Assembly (NCBI GenBank): GCA_003168355.1
Contig: PMSQ01000134.1
Location: 7,222-71,221 of the forward strand
DNA from: Acidobacteriaceae bacterium
Lineage (GTDB): Bacteria > Acidobacteriota > Terriglobia > Terriglobales > Acidobacteriaceae
DNA length: 64,000 bases
Reading direction: 5' to 3'
The translations under genes were made by a program, and so were the position numbers. Shown piece after piece: positions 63,771 through 64,000 of this stretch. Position 1 is the stretch's first letter. Every line of letters starts with the position of its first letter. Below the pieces are notes generated by a model. That model searched no databases and was not told the DNA's origin. It was given only the letters and a program-made list of their open reading frames with translations.

Positions 63771-64000
63771 ATGAATCGTAGTTCGTGGTGCTTCGCAGTA
63801 ATGGCAACGTTTATCTTTTCAATCACGGCAGTTCTCAATCTTTCCGCCCTGGCCGGCGGCAAGCAGACCTTCACCGGCGAGGTCGGGGACTCCATGTGCG
63901 GCCGAAAGCACATGGAAGACGAACCCGCGGCAGAATGCACTCGCGCCTGCGTGGCGCACGGCTCCAAGTACGCACTCATCGTCGGCGACAAAATTTACAC
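63771..64000 (+). CDS. 5' part of a secreted Cys-containing protein (DUF5818-like) running off the window
   Basis: AGAGGAG SD then ATG at 63771. MNRSSWCFAVMATFIFSITAVLNLSALAGGKQTFTGEVGDSMCGRKHM...CTRACVAHGSKYALIVGDKIY, open to the end of the window. Confidence 0.5.
   Translation, partial: MNRSSWCFAVMATFIFSITAVLNLSALAGGKQTFTGEVGDSMCGRKHMEDEPAAECTRACVAHGSKYALIVGDKIY

Overview
This is a high-GC bacterial chromosomal segment. By eye it fits an Acidobacteriota (Terriglobia-like) genome: a PEP-CTERM protein, Bacillus-type sdhCAB, many DinB/SRPBCC/ArsR paralogues and very dense short palindromic repeat families. No search could be run, so every family call rests on motifs I recognise in the translations. 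I support about 60 protein genes and one tRNA-Arg(ACG). There is no rRNA, CRISPR array, integrase or prophage.

Housekeeping genes: pdxS, pdxT, miaB, a bifunctional nuclease, truB, a rhomboid protease, folE plus two tandem 6-pyruvoyl-tetrahydropterin synthase (PTPS) paralogues, copA, rdgB, sdhCAB, two cyclophilins, a membrane dipeptidase, a Ser/Thr kinase, mdh, icd, gpx, ridA and an aminotransferase.

Accessory content: a REP-associated tyrosine transposase (RAYT) with its REP hairpins, VapBC, an orphan Phd-like antitoxin next to an Mrr nuclease, ArsR-SRPBCC paralogue clusters, a PEP-CTERM / REC-PilZ / cNMP signalling neighbourhood beside the tRNA, and several unknown secreted or small proteins.

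Most notable observations:
1. The RAYT gene carries a perfect in-frame copy of its own REP hairpin, and the identical inverted copy lies just past its stop codon.
2. Internally periodic (7- or 8-nt) repeat elements fill the leaders and intercistronic spacers of housekeeping genes, in a fixed orientation relative to the downstream start codon.
3. REP-derived sequence is read in frame inside truB.
4. A tautomerase-family gene is broken by one extra base in a homopolymer run.
5. folE sits with two eukaryote-type (C-x5-HGH) PTPS paralogues and a GT2 gene.
6. copA lacks a classical HMA domain and is paired with a divergent cysteine-less HMA-like mini-protein and a nested palindrome.

I found no single clearly novel multi-gene system. 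The periodic leader elements and the RAYT/REP arrangement are the least conventional signals.
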